Assembly: GCA_965649825.1 (NCBI GenBank)
Contig: OZ287697.1
Coordinates: 831,635-895,634 of the forward strand
Direction: 5' to 3'
Length of the DNA stretch: 64,000 nt
From: Penicillus capitatus
Taxonomy: Eukaryota; Plantae; Chlorophyta
Shown here piece after piece: positions 11,888 to 22,674 of the stretch. Both the position numbers and the translations under genes were made by a program. Numbering within the stretch: position 1 is the first letter of the stretch; every line of letters begins with the position of its first letter. The notes below the pieces were generated by a model, which did no database searches, was not told the origin of the DNA, and worked only from the letters and a program-made list of their open reading frames with translations.

Positions 11888-14800
11888 CCGACTTTTTGGG
11901 GACCAACAAGACCTCAACTGGCAAGTACATCCATGTTGTTTCTGTTTCAACGTATAGTTCCTGTTGACTGGACTTCTGATCTGAGCAAGCCAGCGAGCAG
12001 ACGAATCAGCAAATCGTCTCTTGCGTATCCTGTACCTGTGCTTCGTTACGTGTCTGTCTTCTTATGACGCGATCAAAAATCGTTGTCTCCTTTATTCCTG
12101 TGACTGTTGTCCTGGTGACCGTGACACACATGTAAGGTCCCTCCCTCGTTTGACATCTGTTTTCCGTGTTTATCGGTTTTTGGAGAGGAAAACGGACATC
12201 GCCAATGTCTTTTTAACGGCAGTAATGAACAATAGTATGTCATTACGTCAAAACGAACAGTAAGTTTACAACCAACTTACCTCACTGTTACTTCGCTATT
12301 CATCGCAAGTTCTAAATCCATCTCGGCTAACGTCATTCAGCCATTATGTATTTTTGAGTGAAACGCTAGAAATCGACCTTCGATGTGAACGAACGTAGAG
12401 ATCAATCATGCTAGATGCATTTTTACTCTTCTCATATCACAAAAGCCCAGAGAGAAACAGACTTGTGCATGGTGCAGACATTCTAGGACAGGAATGAGAG
12501 ATTTCTCCAAATTTCTCCGCACCGTTGCAATCTTGTTCGAAATGGAGCCATCTCCACCGCCCATATGTCCCTGAAAGTGATGCAAGACATCAGACATGGC
12601 AGAAGACAGCCTGCAACCCTTATCTCTTCGCTATAGCACTCGTTATGCTCACCTCACTTGTCAGGTCTATTGGCAAAGAGCTCCGTAGTCAAGTGGAACG
12701 CATCTCGGGCATGCTCTAAGTTCTCATGCAGTTGAGATTGGATCGTAGAAAGCGATTCGTGCGTCGAATCATGGAATGCGCCCAGGAAGACATGAACATA
12801 TGAGTTCCTGCTGTGCTCCAGAAATGGATCGACTGACCGATTCTAAGTTGGAGTGTGTCATGGAGAGAATGGACGTTATCACCGATGTGAACACCAAAGA
12901 ACTGCGGCTTATCTTGTACAGAGCTCCAGAAACACTCCAACGACACCCTTGGTTGGACGAGTGATTCTAGAGGTCTCTCTCGTCCACACGTGGATCATCA
13001 GAACCACAAATATCATGAACTCTGACAACCACATCACGGTGATGTTTAGAGCAGAGTCGGGTCTAAGCATAAAGATATGTCCAGACATCCAGGGTTTCGT
13101 TATGGAGTTTAAGAGTGAGAGAAAGGCTTTCTGACGGGAATCGTCTGAGACTCTGCGCCGCGGTCTCGTTCACGCAGAGCGACAACGCGACGTACTTTGT
13201 GTAAGTAGAATTTTGCCTGCCATAACCACCCACCTTTTGACCTTTCTCGCCTGGCTTGTCGAGTAACGAGAGCGAGAGACAACGGGAAGCTTACACGCGT
13301 TCGGAGTAGGTCATAAAAGCTTCAGAATCACCGCTTTATACCTACGCAGTGATGCGACTTCTTAACCGGTCTCGTGATTGTCATTGCAGGACGATAGAAA
13401 ACGTCCCTAGCATAGTCACCATGCAGTCATCCGGAGGCACGATTGACAACCGTCCAGAAAAGGTCGTCACCACGCTTCCCGGCTATCTCCGAAAGTAGGC
13501 GAAAAGCCCTTTAAAAATGAATGCCTAGACATTTAGTGGCCAAGGTTAATGTCCGACGAAAAAAGGTTGACAGAATGTCCAGTCCTGGACGCGCCGCTTC
13601 CGAAATCAGATCCTGTGGTGTTTCCGATCTTATAGGCGTATCTGGTGTCATCGGATCTCATATTTCTGCTAACAGATTTTTGCGCCTGCGGACAATCTTT
13701 CGCAACATGCCCCCTGCATCTGCAGGGTAGGACATCCGACCGCGCTTGATGGACCCAAGCCATCTTCCCCCGTCGCGCCGGTTTCCTTTGTTTGCTGTCC
13801 CCGCGGCTACCGTCGATTGTCGTGCACTAAGCGTTCCATCTGGTATGGCGCGTTGAGGCTTTAGTCGGTCGAGTTAGCGTGGAGCGCAAATTCCTCCGAA
13901 CTCTTCCTCGCCACGCTCGATACCACTCGACCCGAGAGACTATGTTGGTAAACCCTTCTCACCGCTGGACTGATATTCTCTGGGAATTTTCTTCCACTCC
14001 CTCACTCTCGACGTTTTGCCACCGCCGTCTCAACGTTTTAATTTCACTTCTGTGTCTGATACACGACTCCGAGCAAAAGACACAATTTCAATGCGTCCCT
14101 CGAAGTCTTTCATGGTTGGTCTTCCTGCAACTAAGCTGTTCCCACTTTTCTGCAAGATACTCTAACAGCTATTGCGTCCCCTCCTTTAACTGGTATCTCA
14201 CAAAGGGATCTCCTCCTTGAATGTTTTCATTTCGGTAAGGTTGGCTTTCAACCGATGATTCCGCAGGCGTTTGAACACATGCCTCGGACTTTTGCGAAGG
14301 TTTCAGGGCCAATAACAGACGAAGATCTAATTTGATTGGTGTCTTGGAACCGAAGACGAAAGAACGTGTAAAATGACCGTCCGTATACTACGAGTAGTCT
14401 GAATTCTTGTATCCGACGTTCTTCGAAAGCAACCCCGTTTTCTTCCTCGTCGACAGAGGATTCATCAAGCTATCGCAGTGGGATCACAGTGCTCTTCGGG
14501 ATTCTATCCTCGCAAAATGAAGGCATCCGCAAACTCAAGGAAGGGCCCATGTGCTATCAATCATGGGAGTAACTCTCTCGGCAGACGACATCGGCGAGAA
14601 TGAGAATCATTGCGGTAACCTCTTGTAGATCCATCCTTCTGCTTTTTTCGCATTAAAAACCCGAACAAGTGTCTCAATGAAGGTCCGACGGGCACAGAAA
14701 AGGATCCATTCTGCAAACCCGCGATTAAAACCCCTTTAATTAACTGGTATGTGATCAATTACTCCCTTAACATTCAATTCGGGTCCGTCCCTCTGTTGAA

Positions 14801-15334
14801 AAGCACCCATTTATCTCTCTGAAGCCATGTACCACACGAACCTTATTCTCACCGGGTTTGAGAAAGGCATCAATAGATTAGAAAGGCCGGATTGTCGAGA
14901 GAGATTCTTTCGATGCACCCGAGGTCTTCATGCCGGCTTATCTGCCTCCTTGAGTACGCGATTCTCACTACGTCGTCCGCCTTGTAGGCACACTGTCGAC
15001 CACGAACAAACGGAAACAGTCCCTGCTAGCTGTCAGCTTTGACAGATGGAGCCTACCTTCATCGTACGCAGAATGTGGTGCTGTGAGAGTTCGAAACCTT
15101 TGAAAAAGGATCCTTCGCCGACTTCTCGCTTCCTCTTCGTTGCTCCCGATCACTCCGTCGTTCCTCATCACACACTGCTGAGCCTCCTCACGACGTTCGA
15201 TTGTCCCATCATGACATTCTCTTGACCGCCACTCTCTTTGGCCCGAGGATTCCGACAGCTGTCACGTTTGTCGGCTAGTTGCAGACTCTCCCATTGATGC
15301 CGCAGACCTCGACGCATAACGACTCGCTCGTCTC

Positions 15335-15414
15335 GCCGAAAAACGTAATATATAAATGGGTGATTTTACCTGGGATCCGCACATGACATACCCCATGACA
15401 GCCGAAAAACGTAA
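15335..15414. repeat. Two 14-bp direct repeats GCCGAAAAACGTAA flanking a TATATAAAT
   Basis: Copies at 15335-15348 and 15401-15414. Both are kept in A2 (TTACGTTTTTCGGC near 61670 and 61737). Confidence 0.7.
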
Positions 15415-15869
15415 GACATAATACAAAGGCAGAAACGTTCCAAAAAGTTGCTTAATCGGATAAAGCTGCTGGGGCAGCGAGCGATCAAAAGTTCAAGGAA
15501 CGAGCGATGACAGTTTTCAAAGGAGCAAAATCTCTCGAGATGAAGAACAATTCTTGTTTCTCGATCGTGATGTGACAGCTGGCTGCCCATTCATTTTCTC
15601 GCCTATCGTTGTCTCCGCAGGTGTCACCTCGGTCTGTCCTGTCGAGAAGGGGGGTTCGTGGCTTCAAGAGACGCTGGTTGACTTTGAGGCAGTTAGTTCT
15701 CTCTGGTTCCGAACGCCCGTTGACTCACCTGCCTAGGAATTCCCATCATTCCGAATATATACGGATGCGATGTCGAACCTGAAATTCTCTGCTCTGCGAG
15801 GCGCAAAAAGTTCTCGCTGTCAACAAACACTCTGCCTGACGCGCGGAACGGCCGGTCGGCGACCACACC

Positions 15870-15878
15870 TATAAATAG
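15870..15878 (+). promoter_or_regulatory. TATA box of A-ORF1
   Basis: TATAAATAG about 140 bp upstream of ATG 16017, with a possible 5'UTR intron ending at TTTGCAG ~16005. Conserved in A2 (61209-61217). Confidence 0.6.
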
Positions 15879-16016
15879 CGCATCTCCGTTTTCGCACGTA
15901 CAAATACGAGGACGCGGTCAGTCAACTCTGTATTGCTCTTTTTCGTTCGTCGTTTAGGCTTTGTCGCAAGTCACGGTTTCGTTCTGTGTGACTTGGCGTT
16001 TGCAGATCTCTACGAG

Positions 16017-17210
16017 ATGAGCACAACTGGAGCTATTTTGTCGGTTTTGCACACTCTTAGGGTTCCGCGACTGGCGTACAAACGCTTCGTGCTAAGGGTA
16101 AGGAAAATTGTCGACGAAGCGTATCCATCATACATGGACGCGGAGACACTGCGGCTGCCCTTCGCAGACGAGAGTGGCTTCCTGGGCGTTATGGCAGTTT
16201 GTCGGCGACTCGTCAACTGGGAACACGTCGGATTCGACCCAGACTACATTGACGCAGAAACCGGGGTTCCCGGAGAGCGCGCTTATCTCACGTTTGGCGA
16301 CTTCGCAAACGAGCTAACCCAGGCGATGATGACGAGCAACTTGGTTCCATACGGCAGCGAGGACATCTATGGCACGATAGTCGAGTTTGTCCTCCACTTG
16401 GCTACGGTATATGCGAGGGTAAACCTGACGTACCAAGCAGAGAGGGAAATGGCATTGCAGCTGGTCGAATGCTTACTGAGTCGCAATGCCGCGATGCCAC
16501 AGCGGTTGGTCGTGCCGGTGCCTTCTATTCCGGGACCAGGGGAACAAGGTCATTCGGAAGGAGTTCCCCTTCGATGGCCAGTGAGAGAAGGGCGCCCAGT
16601 GGCCATAGTGGAAGGAAACCCTGCAGAAGCGCAAGGATACCCTTTTGGTGTACCAATTGGGCACACGGAAGCCGAAGGAAGTGGCGAGCCGCAGCCAGAG
16701 GAAGTCGAGGAAGTCGACGAGGAACCCGCGGAGGAGGAAGTCGAGCAAGTCGACGAGGAACCCGCGGAGGAGGAAGTCGAGCAAGTCGACGAGGAACCCG
16801 CGGAGGAGGAAGTCGAGCAAGTCGACGAGGAACCCGCGGAGGAGGAAGTCGAGCAAGTCGACGAGGAACCCGCGGAGGAGGAAGTCGAGCAAGTCGACGA
16901 GGAACCCGCGGAGGAGGAAGTCGAGCAAGTCGACGAGGAACCCGCGGAGGAGGAAGTCGAGGAAGAGACGGTCAGCGGTGAACCCATGGATGCAGATACC
17001 ATCCGTGGGCTTAAACGCAACCGCAGGGACTTCTCATACGAGGATGAAGCCTCAAGGGCGAAAAAAGCAAGTGACCGGTATGGTCTCCGTGATACGCCGG
17101 CTCGGGTAGAGCGACTGTCGAGGCTAAAGGAGGAAAGCAAATCAAAACGCAAGGGCGATAATGAGCCGGGGACTTCCGCCACTCGCCCTCGAAAGAGGTT
17201 TAGAGAATAG
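16017..17210 (+). CDS. A-ORF1: orphan protein (helical N-domain, Pro/Gly linker, acidic 12-aa repeats, basic NLS-like tail)
   Basis: Intact 397-aa ORF from MSTTGAIL to RPRKRFRE. The second copy differs only synonymously in the N-domain. Confidence 0.8.
   Translation: MSTTGAILSVLHTLRVPRLAYKRFVLRVRKIVDEAYPSYMDAETLRLPFADESGFLGVMAVCRRLVNWEHVGFDPDYIDAETGVPGERAYLTFGDFANELTQAMMTSNLVPYGSEDIYGTIVEFVLHLATVYARVNLTYQAEREMALQLVECLLSRNAAMPQRLVVPVPSIPGPGEQGHSEGVPLRWPVREGRPVAIVEGNPAEAQGYPFGVPIGHTEAEGSGEPQPEEVEEVDEEPAEEEVEQVDEEPAEEEVEQVDEEPAEEEVEQVDEEPAEEEVEQVDEEPAEEEVEQVDEEPAEEEVEQVDEEPAEEEVEEETVSGEPMDADTIRGLKRNRRDFSYEDEASRAKKASDRYGLRDTPARVERLSRLKEESKSKRKGDNEPGTSATRPRKRFRE
16698..16960 (+). repeat. 36-bp coding tandem repeat x7 (EEVEQVDEEPAE)
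   Basis: Unit GAGGAAGTCGAGCAAGTCGACGAGGAACCCGCGGAG, counted directly. Confidence 0.95.
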
Positions 17211-18092
17211 GCAACTGTCGCGGTGGCTTGGAATGCGGAGGAGATTTGGCGGGAGCACGTATCGGGAGTCTCTATTCGTAGGAGGCGAAACCTTTGTCGA
17301 CACGGGCGGGTGAGACGAGAAGCTAAGTAAAGGTCCGCAAAGCATGCGGAGAGGATTGGCGACCTAATGCGTTGAACGGCGAGGTGCACGTTGAAGGTGT
17401 CTTGGTGCTTGTTTTCGAGGTCGGCCGGGCACAACGATCAAGGGTGAGCGAGAACACGGGTTGCGGCGAACGACAGGGAAAGGGAAGGCCGGAGTGCAGT
17501 GGGACCGCATTCCGTACCGTGGCCGCGGCATGCCTCCCAGAACTCCGCGACTGCCTTGGCTCAACGCGCAAGTTTTTCGTACGTTTGTGTGTCTATCTAG
17601 GAATCGTGGTTTTTTCTTCCTCGCGCAACCGCTCGTTTTTTGTTTCTGGTGTGTGTTCTAGGCATGTGGTTTTTTCTCTCTGCGTTTTTTCTCTTTCTGA
17701 TACCGTTCGGGGTGTCGTCCGCATTGGTCTTTAGAGCCTATGGCGAGCTGGTTTTCCGGAGTGCGATTTGCGCGAAGCTTTGCCTTTGCGCCTGGCCCGG
17801 GGAAATGTCGGTTTCCACGTGGAGGTGGGATGGTGGTCTAGTGAGTCATTCGGCCGGGGTTTCCAAAGGCGGTTGGTTGATCAAGTGCTCCGGCAGCGGA
17901 TGTTGGCTGCGAGAACGAGGGGTGTGTTCTGGATGGCTGAACGGTTAGATCGCCAAGGGACGAGAATGTGAATCGATTGTTTTGGGATGTCGAATGACCG
18001 GAGGGCGCCCATTCTAGACAAGGTTTCGGTAGTTTGGTCTGTAGGGGGCAACGGACGAGACGATATTTTCCAACATCAGATGGTTGCACGGT

Positions 18093-18584
18093 CTACATTA
18101 GGGCACGCATTGGAAATAAGAAGTGTTGTTTGTGGTCAAGGGCAATCTGATACCTTTGTATGTGCTTTCCAAGATTCCGGGCTTTTCCTTGCTCGGACCT
18201 GTCTGTCACCATGAGCTCGGCCTGTCCATAAACCCGAGCATTTTCCTTTTTCAGACCTATCACCATGAGCTCGGCCTGTCCACAAATCCGAGCATTTTCC
18301 TTCTGCAGACCTATCACCATGAGCTCGGTCTGTTCCCAAATCCGAGCATTTTCCTTCTGCAGACCTATCACCATGAGCTCGGTCTGTTCCCAAATCCGAG
18401 CATTTTCCTTCTGCAGACCTATCACCATGAGCTCGGTCTGTTCCCAAATCCGAGCATTTTCCTTCTGCAGACCTATCACCATGAGCTCGGTCTGTTCACA
18501 AATCCAAGCATTTTCCTTTTTCAGACCTATCTCCATGAGCTCGGCCTGTATAAGCGAACCGAGTACAATGGCATGTAACGGCAT
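18093..18584 (-). CDS. A-ORF2: 163-aa protein of 18-aa repeats (ELMVIGLQKENARIWEQT)
   Basis: Open frame across the 54-bp array, convergent on ORF1. A2 has CAG>TAG at codon 13 and a later 1-bp frameshift. Confidence 0.45.
   Translation of the reverse strand: MPLHAIVLGSLIQAELMEIGLKKENAWICEQTELMVIGLQKENARIWEQTELMVIGLQKENARIWEQTELMVIGLQKENARIWEQTELMVIGLQKENARICGQAELMVIGLKKENARVYGQAELMVTDRSEQGKARNLGKHIQRYQIALDHKQHFLFPMRALM
18205..18548. repeat. 54-bp tandem repeat, ~6 units plus partial
   Basis: CCATGAGCTCGG recurs every 54 bp from ~18209 to ~18533, with no unique spacers. Confidence 0.95.
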
Positions 18585-19327
18585 TCTCTAAGTTTTGCCA
18601 GCATGCTTGTTGTCTCTTCAAGCGCGCTGAAACGATCGACGGTTATCAAGGCACTTAACATTTGCAAATCCGATTCAGCTCTTGAGCCGACAGAATTGGC
18701 ACATAGAACTGTCGGCAATTGCGCGCGCCACAACACCAGATAGCGGCTGGCTGGCACGATAGTTGTGAAAAGGCACCAATTGCGGACTTCTCCCAGGCGA
18801 AGTTCCACAACGCTCATATTCTGCAAATCAACGACCTTCACTTGTTCGATTGACTTAGCTCGTTGGTCCAGGACCATAGCGTTGTGTGCTCTTTCAGGAG
18901 AATGATACGATGTTCTGCAGGCGAGATCTTAAGGTACAAGTGCCGCGTTCTGTTTTGCCAACTTCGGTTTCGAACATGAGTTATGTATGCAATGCATCAT
19001 CGTCTACTGTGCGAAACAGTTGACGATGAAAGAATAATCTACGGTCGAATGACTGGCAGCGAGTGAGAAAGTTATGCAAACCGTTCTAGTCATTGAGCGT
19101 CTCTCCGAGACGGACGTAAAAACCGTCACTGTATTCAGTGGCTCAAGTTTGCTGCTGTAGTAATACGAGTTGTGAGTTCGTTCATCTGCGCGCAGTTTGT
19201 TTACCGTTGCGAGCAATTCACCCTCACTGGTTGCGCGTCGTTTTCTGAAATACAGTCTGGTTCTTCTTAAGACCACGTCCCGACGCGTGGGCACAGAACA
19301 GTCGCGGTGTAGAACGTCGCCCAAAAT

Positions 19328-21474
19328 ATGCGCTTTGTCTCTTACTGTCCGGTTTTTGCAACTTGGCTACTCATCGTTAATGCCGTCTCTGGCTGCGTCG
19401 TCGGAGAATCTGAAGACCCGTGCACCTCTACGAGGAGAAGCAGTTCAACGTAACTTCCTTCTAACGGAGAGCTCTCGTCAGTGCTGTCTACTCAAGATGC
19501 GGCTGTGTCTCTTGGCCCCTACAACAGCGATGGCTTGCATAAGATGCCAATTTCTGCTGAGAACGGCGGCGGCATCATCCGCCTTCTCGGCGGACAGGCT
19601 CTTAGCCGACCGTGCTGCACGTCGTGGGGTCCAGCTCGTGTCGACTGCTTCATTCGTGGACCGCAGTCGAACGTGTTGCACGTGTCCATCGACAACGGCG
19701 AGTACAGCGAATGGGAAGATCTCGAAGGCACGATTGTCGGAGATATTGAGTGCGTAAGTCGTGCAGTCGGTATCATCACTGTGCTAGTATCGGTACAAAC
19801 AATGCTCTCTTTGTCAAAACGTACTCAGAAGGTCAGTGGAGCGATTGGGTGTCCAAAAGCGGACAGCTGATGGAGGTGCCTTCGTGTGTCGTACGCACTC
19901 CCGCCATAATCAATTGTTTGCTCAGAGATGTGCACAACACTGGATTTATCATTAGCGAAATCAACGGTACTTGGGACAAGTACTTTAACTTGGGCGGGAC
20001 CTTGTGGAGTTCCTTCGTTCCCTCTTCGAGATCGCACAGTATTCTGGACAATTTCGTCGTTGGAACTGACCTGCACCTGTGGAAGCGAAGCTGGAATGCA
20101 AAAGGTGGATGGGTCAACTGGGAAGATCGGCATCATGGCAAAGAAGAGCTTGAAAAACCGGGTCGATCGAATCTACAGATTATGCGGGAGAGCCATCCTT
20201 GGTACTCTTAGAACCACCTCGACAGTGGCTACAAACGCTTTGGCATGCATTAAGAATCCTGAAATCGACATACAAGAGAAGCTAATCATGATGAAGCCAA
20301 AACTGGACATTGTCTCTAGACAACACTCGAAACAACTGACTCCACAAAGACATCTTGTCCATGTCAGTCCCAAAAGAAGGCTTGAAAAGGCCTGGAAAGA
20401 GTTCTCTAACTGGTCAAAATTAGAAGAGTGGCAACAACAGATCATTAAAAGTCGGATAGAATCAAGGAGCGACATCAAAACCATCAAGACATGTATTGGA
20501 GACTTCGTGAACAGTCAAGAAAAAGAGATGTGGAAGACAGAAAAGAACGGAAACAAGCTACGCGACACAAGCTTCTGTCCCGTAGAATGGCGCAAAAACC
20601 AATGGTTCTCAAAACTCTCAAAATCTCAGGTTTCAGATATCGCATGCTTCCTAACTGGCCACGTACAATCGAGAGTTTACCTAAGACGCTTTGGTCTCTC
20701 CAATTGCCCGGTCTACTGCCGCCTGTGCAAGGATCCACACCAACCCGAAACAAGGGACCACCTCTTGGGGTGTCGGGGACTTCCTGAAATTCTGCCTAGT
20801 AAGCTCCTTCCAGTGAGAAGCCTAGAATCACTTCTGAAAGAAGACAACTGGGTTAAGCTCGCAAATGTGATTCGCACCATTCGCCATTTTTGGTTTTCCT
20901 GCCCCCCAGAATTTCCAGAACGACGCTCAACCGGAGTTTCCTACAGTCGCCTCTCATCTCTTGCTCTGTGAAAACTACTGCCCCTGTCCTTGTAGCTCAC
21001 ATCTAATATCCATGGAACATGCTCTACGAGCGAACCATGTAAAAGAGGAAATTCTCTCTCTCTCTCAACTGGGAAGATCTGGGAGGTTTGATAGTGAGCA
21101 GACCGTCTGTCACCACTTGGGCCGAAAACAGGATTGATGTATTCGCACTGGGCGTGAAGAACAACGTCGTCCAGAAGACCTATGACGGCGGTTCGTGGAA
21201 AGACGAGGTCGATCTAGGTGGCGTCTTTGAATCTGTGCCCGAATGTGTTACGACGGGCGTCGGCAGAATTCACTGCTTTGCCATCGGTGCCAACTCCTAT
21301 CTCTATAGGAACGAGTACTACGGGCAGAAATGGAGAGGCTGGACCAGCACGAATATTCCATTCGTCGAAACGCCGTCCTGTGTCGTTTCCAGAAGGCATG
21401 AGGTGTCCTGTTACCTCAGAGCCTTCGACCATCAAGTGTTCGAGGTCGTCTTCCACAACGAATGCTTCGACTGA
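19328..21474 (+). pseudogene. PLL-like beta-propeller lectin paralog 1 (disrupted)
   Basis: Signal peptide MRFVSYCPVFATWLLIVNAVSG at 19328, in-frame TAA at 19451, 1-bp frameshift ~19786, LINE insertion 20129-21064. The frame resumes as NWEDLGGLIVSRPSVTTW..FHNECFD*. Confidence 0.9.
20129..21064 (+). mobile_element. 5'-truncated non-LTR retrotransposon (LINE ORF2 3' end)
   Basis: 15-bp TSD TCAACTGGGAAGATC at 20114-20128 and 21065-21079. Encodes an RT-thumb-like stretch RIYRLCGRAILGTLRTTST and FLTGH..CRLC..ETRDHLLGC zinc knuckle; stop at 20971; (TC)n tail ~21053-21064. Confidence 0.92.
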
Positions 21475-21984
21475 TGTTTGAATACATGCACGACCTTCTG
21501 TTTGTTTGCCGTCAGTTGTATTTCGTATGTGCACGGAATGTGGGAACGTCTCAATTGTTCAAACGTGCGTAACCCTTATCGAACAGCGAAGATGAAAGGT
21601 TTTAGCCATTGAACAAGGAGTCTTGTTCTTCGTCCTGAAAAGCGATCGAGAGCGCGGTATGTGACGATGATGTTGATGTGACGCGCAGCCAAATGCTGAT
21701 TCTTGTTACGCGTTGTGACTTCCTGTCTGACGGCAACAGCCGAGTAACCTCCCGTCGTAAAGGAGAGTGACGCATTGCCAAACCCTGTCGACGCTGTTCA
21801 TCAGAAGAGATGCACGTCGAGGCGATAATACAGTGAGAGTGAAATGCTGCGCACTCAAGAATGAATCCGAACCAACCCGCTGATCTCGATTTAAATGTAC
21901 AATCATTGTGTTCATGTAAAAACCAAGCTGCGGTTGCGTGAGAGGTGGTGTAGTCGACTTCTCGTCAGATGATCCATATGTCGG

Positions 21985-22674
21985 CCGTTTCAATACGAAA
22001 CTACCAAGATCTTGAATTTTGAGCGAAAATGTTCCTTTCGTGGAGAGAATACGGTACAAACGGGCGTTTATGTGCAAAACTACGCATTCGACCACTTCTG
22101 ACGTTCTCACAACGCAGGACGGCGTTTCCATGACAATGTCAGTTCCTTTCTGCCATTCACTCCACTCCCCGTCCGTGTACTGTTTGACCATGATGTGGTT
22201 GGCTGAATCGGTACTCAGTATGTCAACGAAGTCTTCTTTTCTGCTGACGCAGTCGATGTCGCCCGTAATCCAGCCGCCGAGGTTGTCCCAGTCGCTGTAC
22301 ACTCCGTTTTCCACGCTCATGTGCAGAACGTTCGACCAGGGTCCGCGTATGAAACAGTCCACGCGGCCCGGCTTGCTCGACACGCAGCACACGGAGCCTT
22401 CCGACTCGATGCCGAGAACGCGCACAACGTCGCCGCTCGAATGCTTCTCGAAGAGTGCGATTTGAGGTGCCTCGGCGAACAAGGCAGGCGATTCATCTTC
22501 CTGCACACCTTCATCCTCCAGCGGCACTTCATCTGCATTCCAGGGCGGGGTCTTGTGCGAAAAGAAGGGCTCCAGTTCGTGCATGCTATGCACTGCCTCA
22601 TTGGCGCATCCTGACCCTATGATGCTCAGCAGACAAACAAGGAACGCGCAGAGATTCGCACGAGCCAGACGCAT
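21985..22674 (-). pseudogene. PLL-like lectin paralog 2 (apparently 3'-truncated after ~3 blades)
   Basis: MRLARANLCAFLVCLLSIIGSG signal, then CCVSSKPGRVDCFIRGP, DIDCVSRK and ETPSCVVRT blades. Similarity to the paralogs is lost after IQDLGSFV. Confidence 0.7.

Larger units (their letters stand above)
13430..18728 (+). mobile_element. Repeat family A, copy A1 (~5.3 kb, unclassified putative mobile element)
   Basis: Inverted homolog at 58062-63648. Homology runs from ATCCGGAGGCACGATTGACAACC to GTCGGCAA..GCGCGCG. No RT, integrase, transposase, LTR or TSD recognised. Confidence 0.75.

Noticed and set aside
12400-13134. Possible mTERF-like or TE remnant (KELRLILYRAPETL)
   Set aside because: A single weak motif in short broken frames cannot support a call.
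14900-14990. VVRIAYSRRQLSRHE resembles the Ty3/Gypsy RNase H motif IAYASRQL..HE
   Set aside because: The match is short, with no flanking RT, catalytic or integrase motifs, and the frame closes quickly in both copies.
16469-17434. Overlapping long ORFs on both strands across the 36-bp array (also 59500-60616)
   Set aside because: They are a by-product of a stop-free repeat unit; only the ORF1 frame has a TATA, a start and conserved unique sequence.
18205-18548. CRISPR-like look of the 54-, 36- and 24-bp arrays
   Set aside because: Units are contiguous with no unique spacers, there are no cas genes, and the context is eukaryotic.
13430-18728. TIRs or TSD at element A ends (GCACGATTGACAAC versus GCGCAATTGCCGAC)
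   Set aside because: Only 10/14 match, and the flanks share no duplication.
19451-19453. Non-canonical ulvophyte code (TAA/TAG = Gln), suggested by in-frame TAA at 19451 and TAG at ~58240
   Set aside because: Long conserved ORFs such as ValRS have no in-frame TAA/TAG. CPSF160, PRPS5, patatin and lectin 3 end at TAA/TAG at plausible positions. Both stops lie in otherwise damaged genes.
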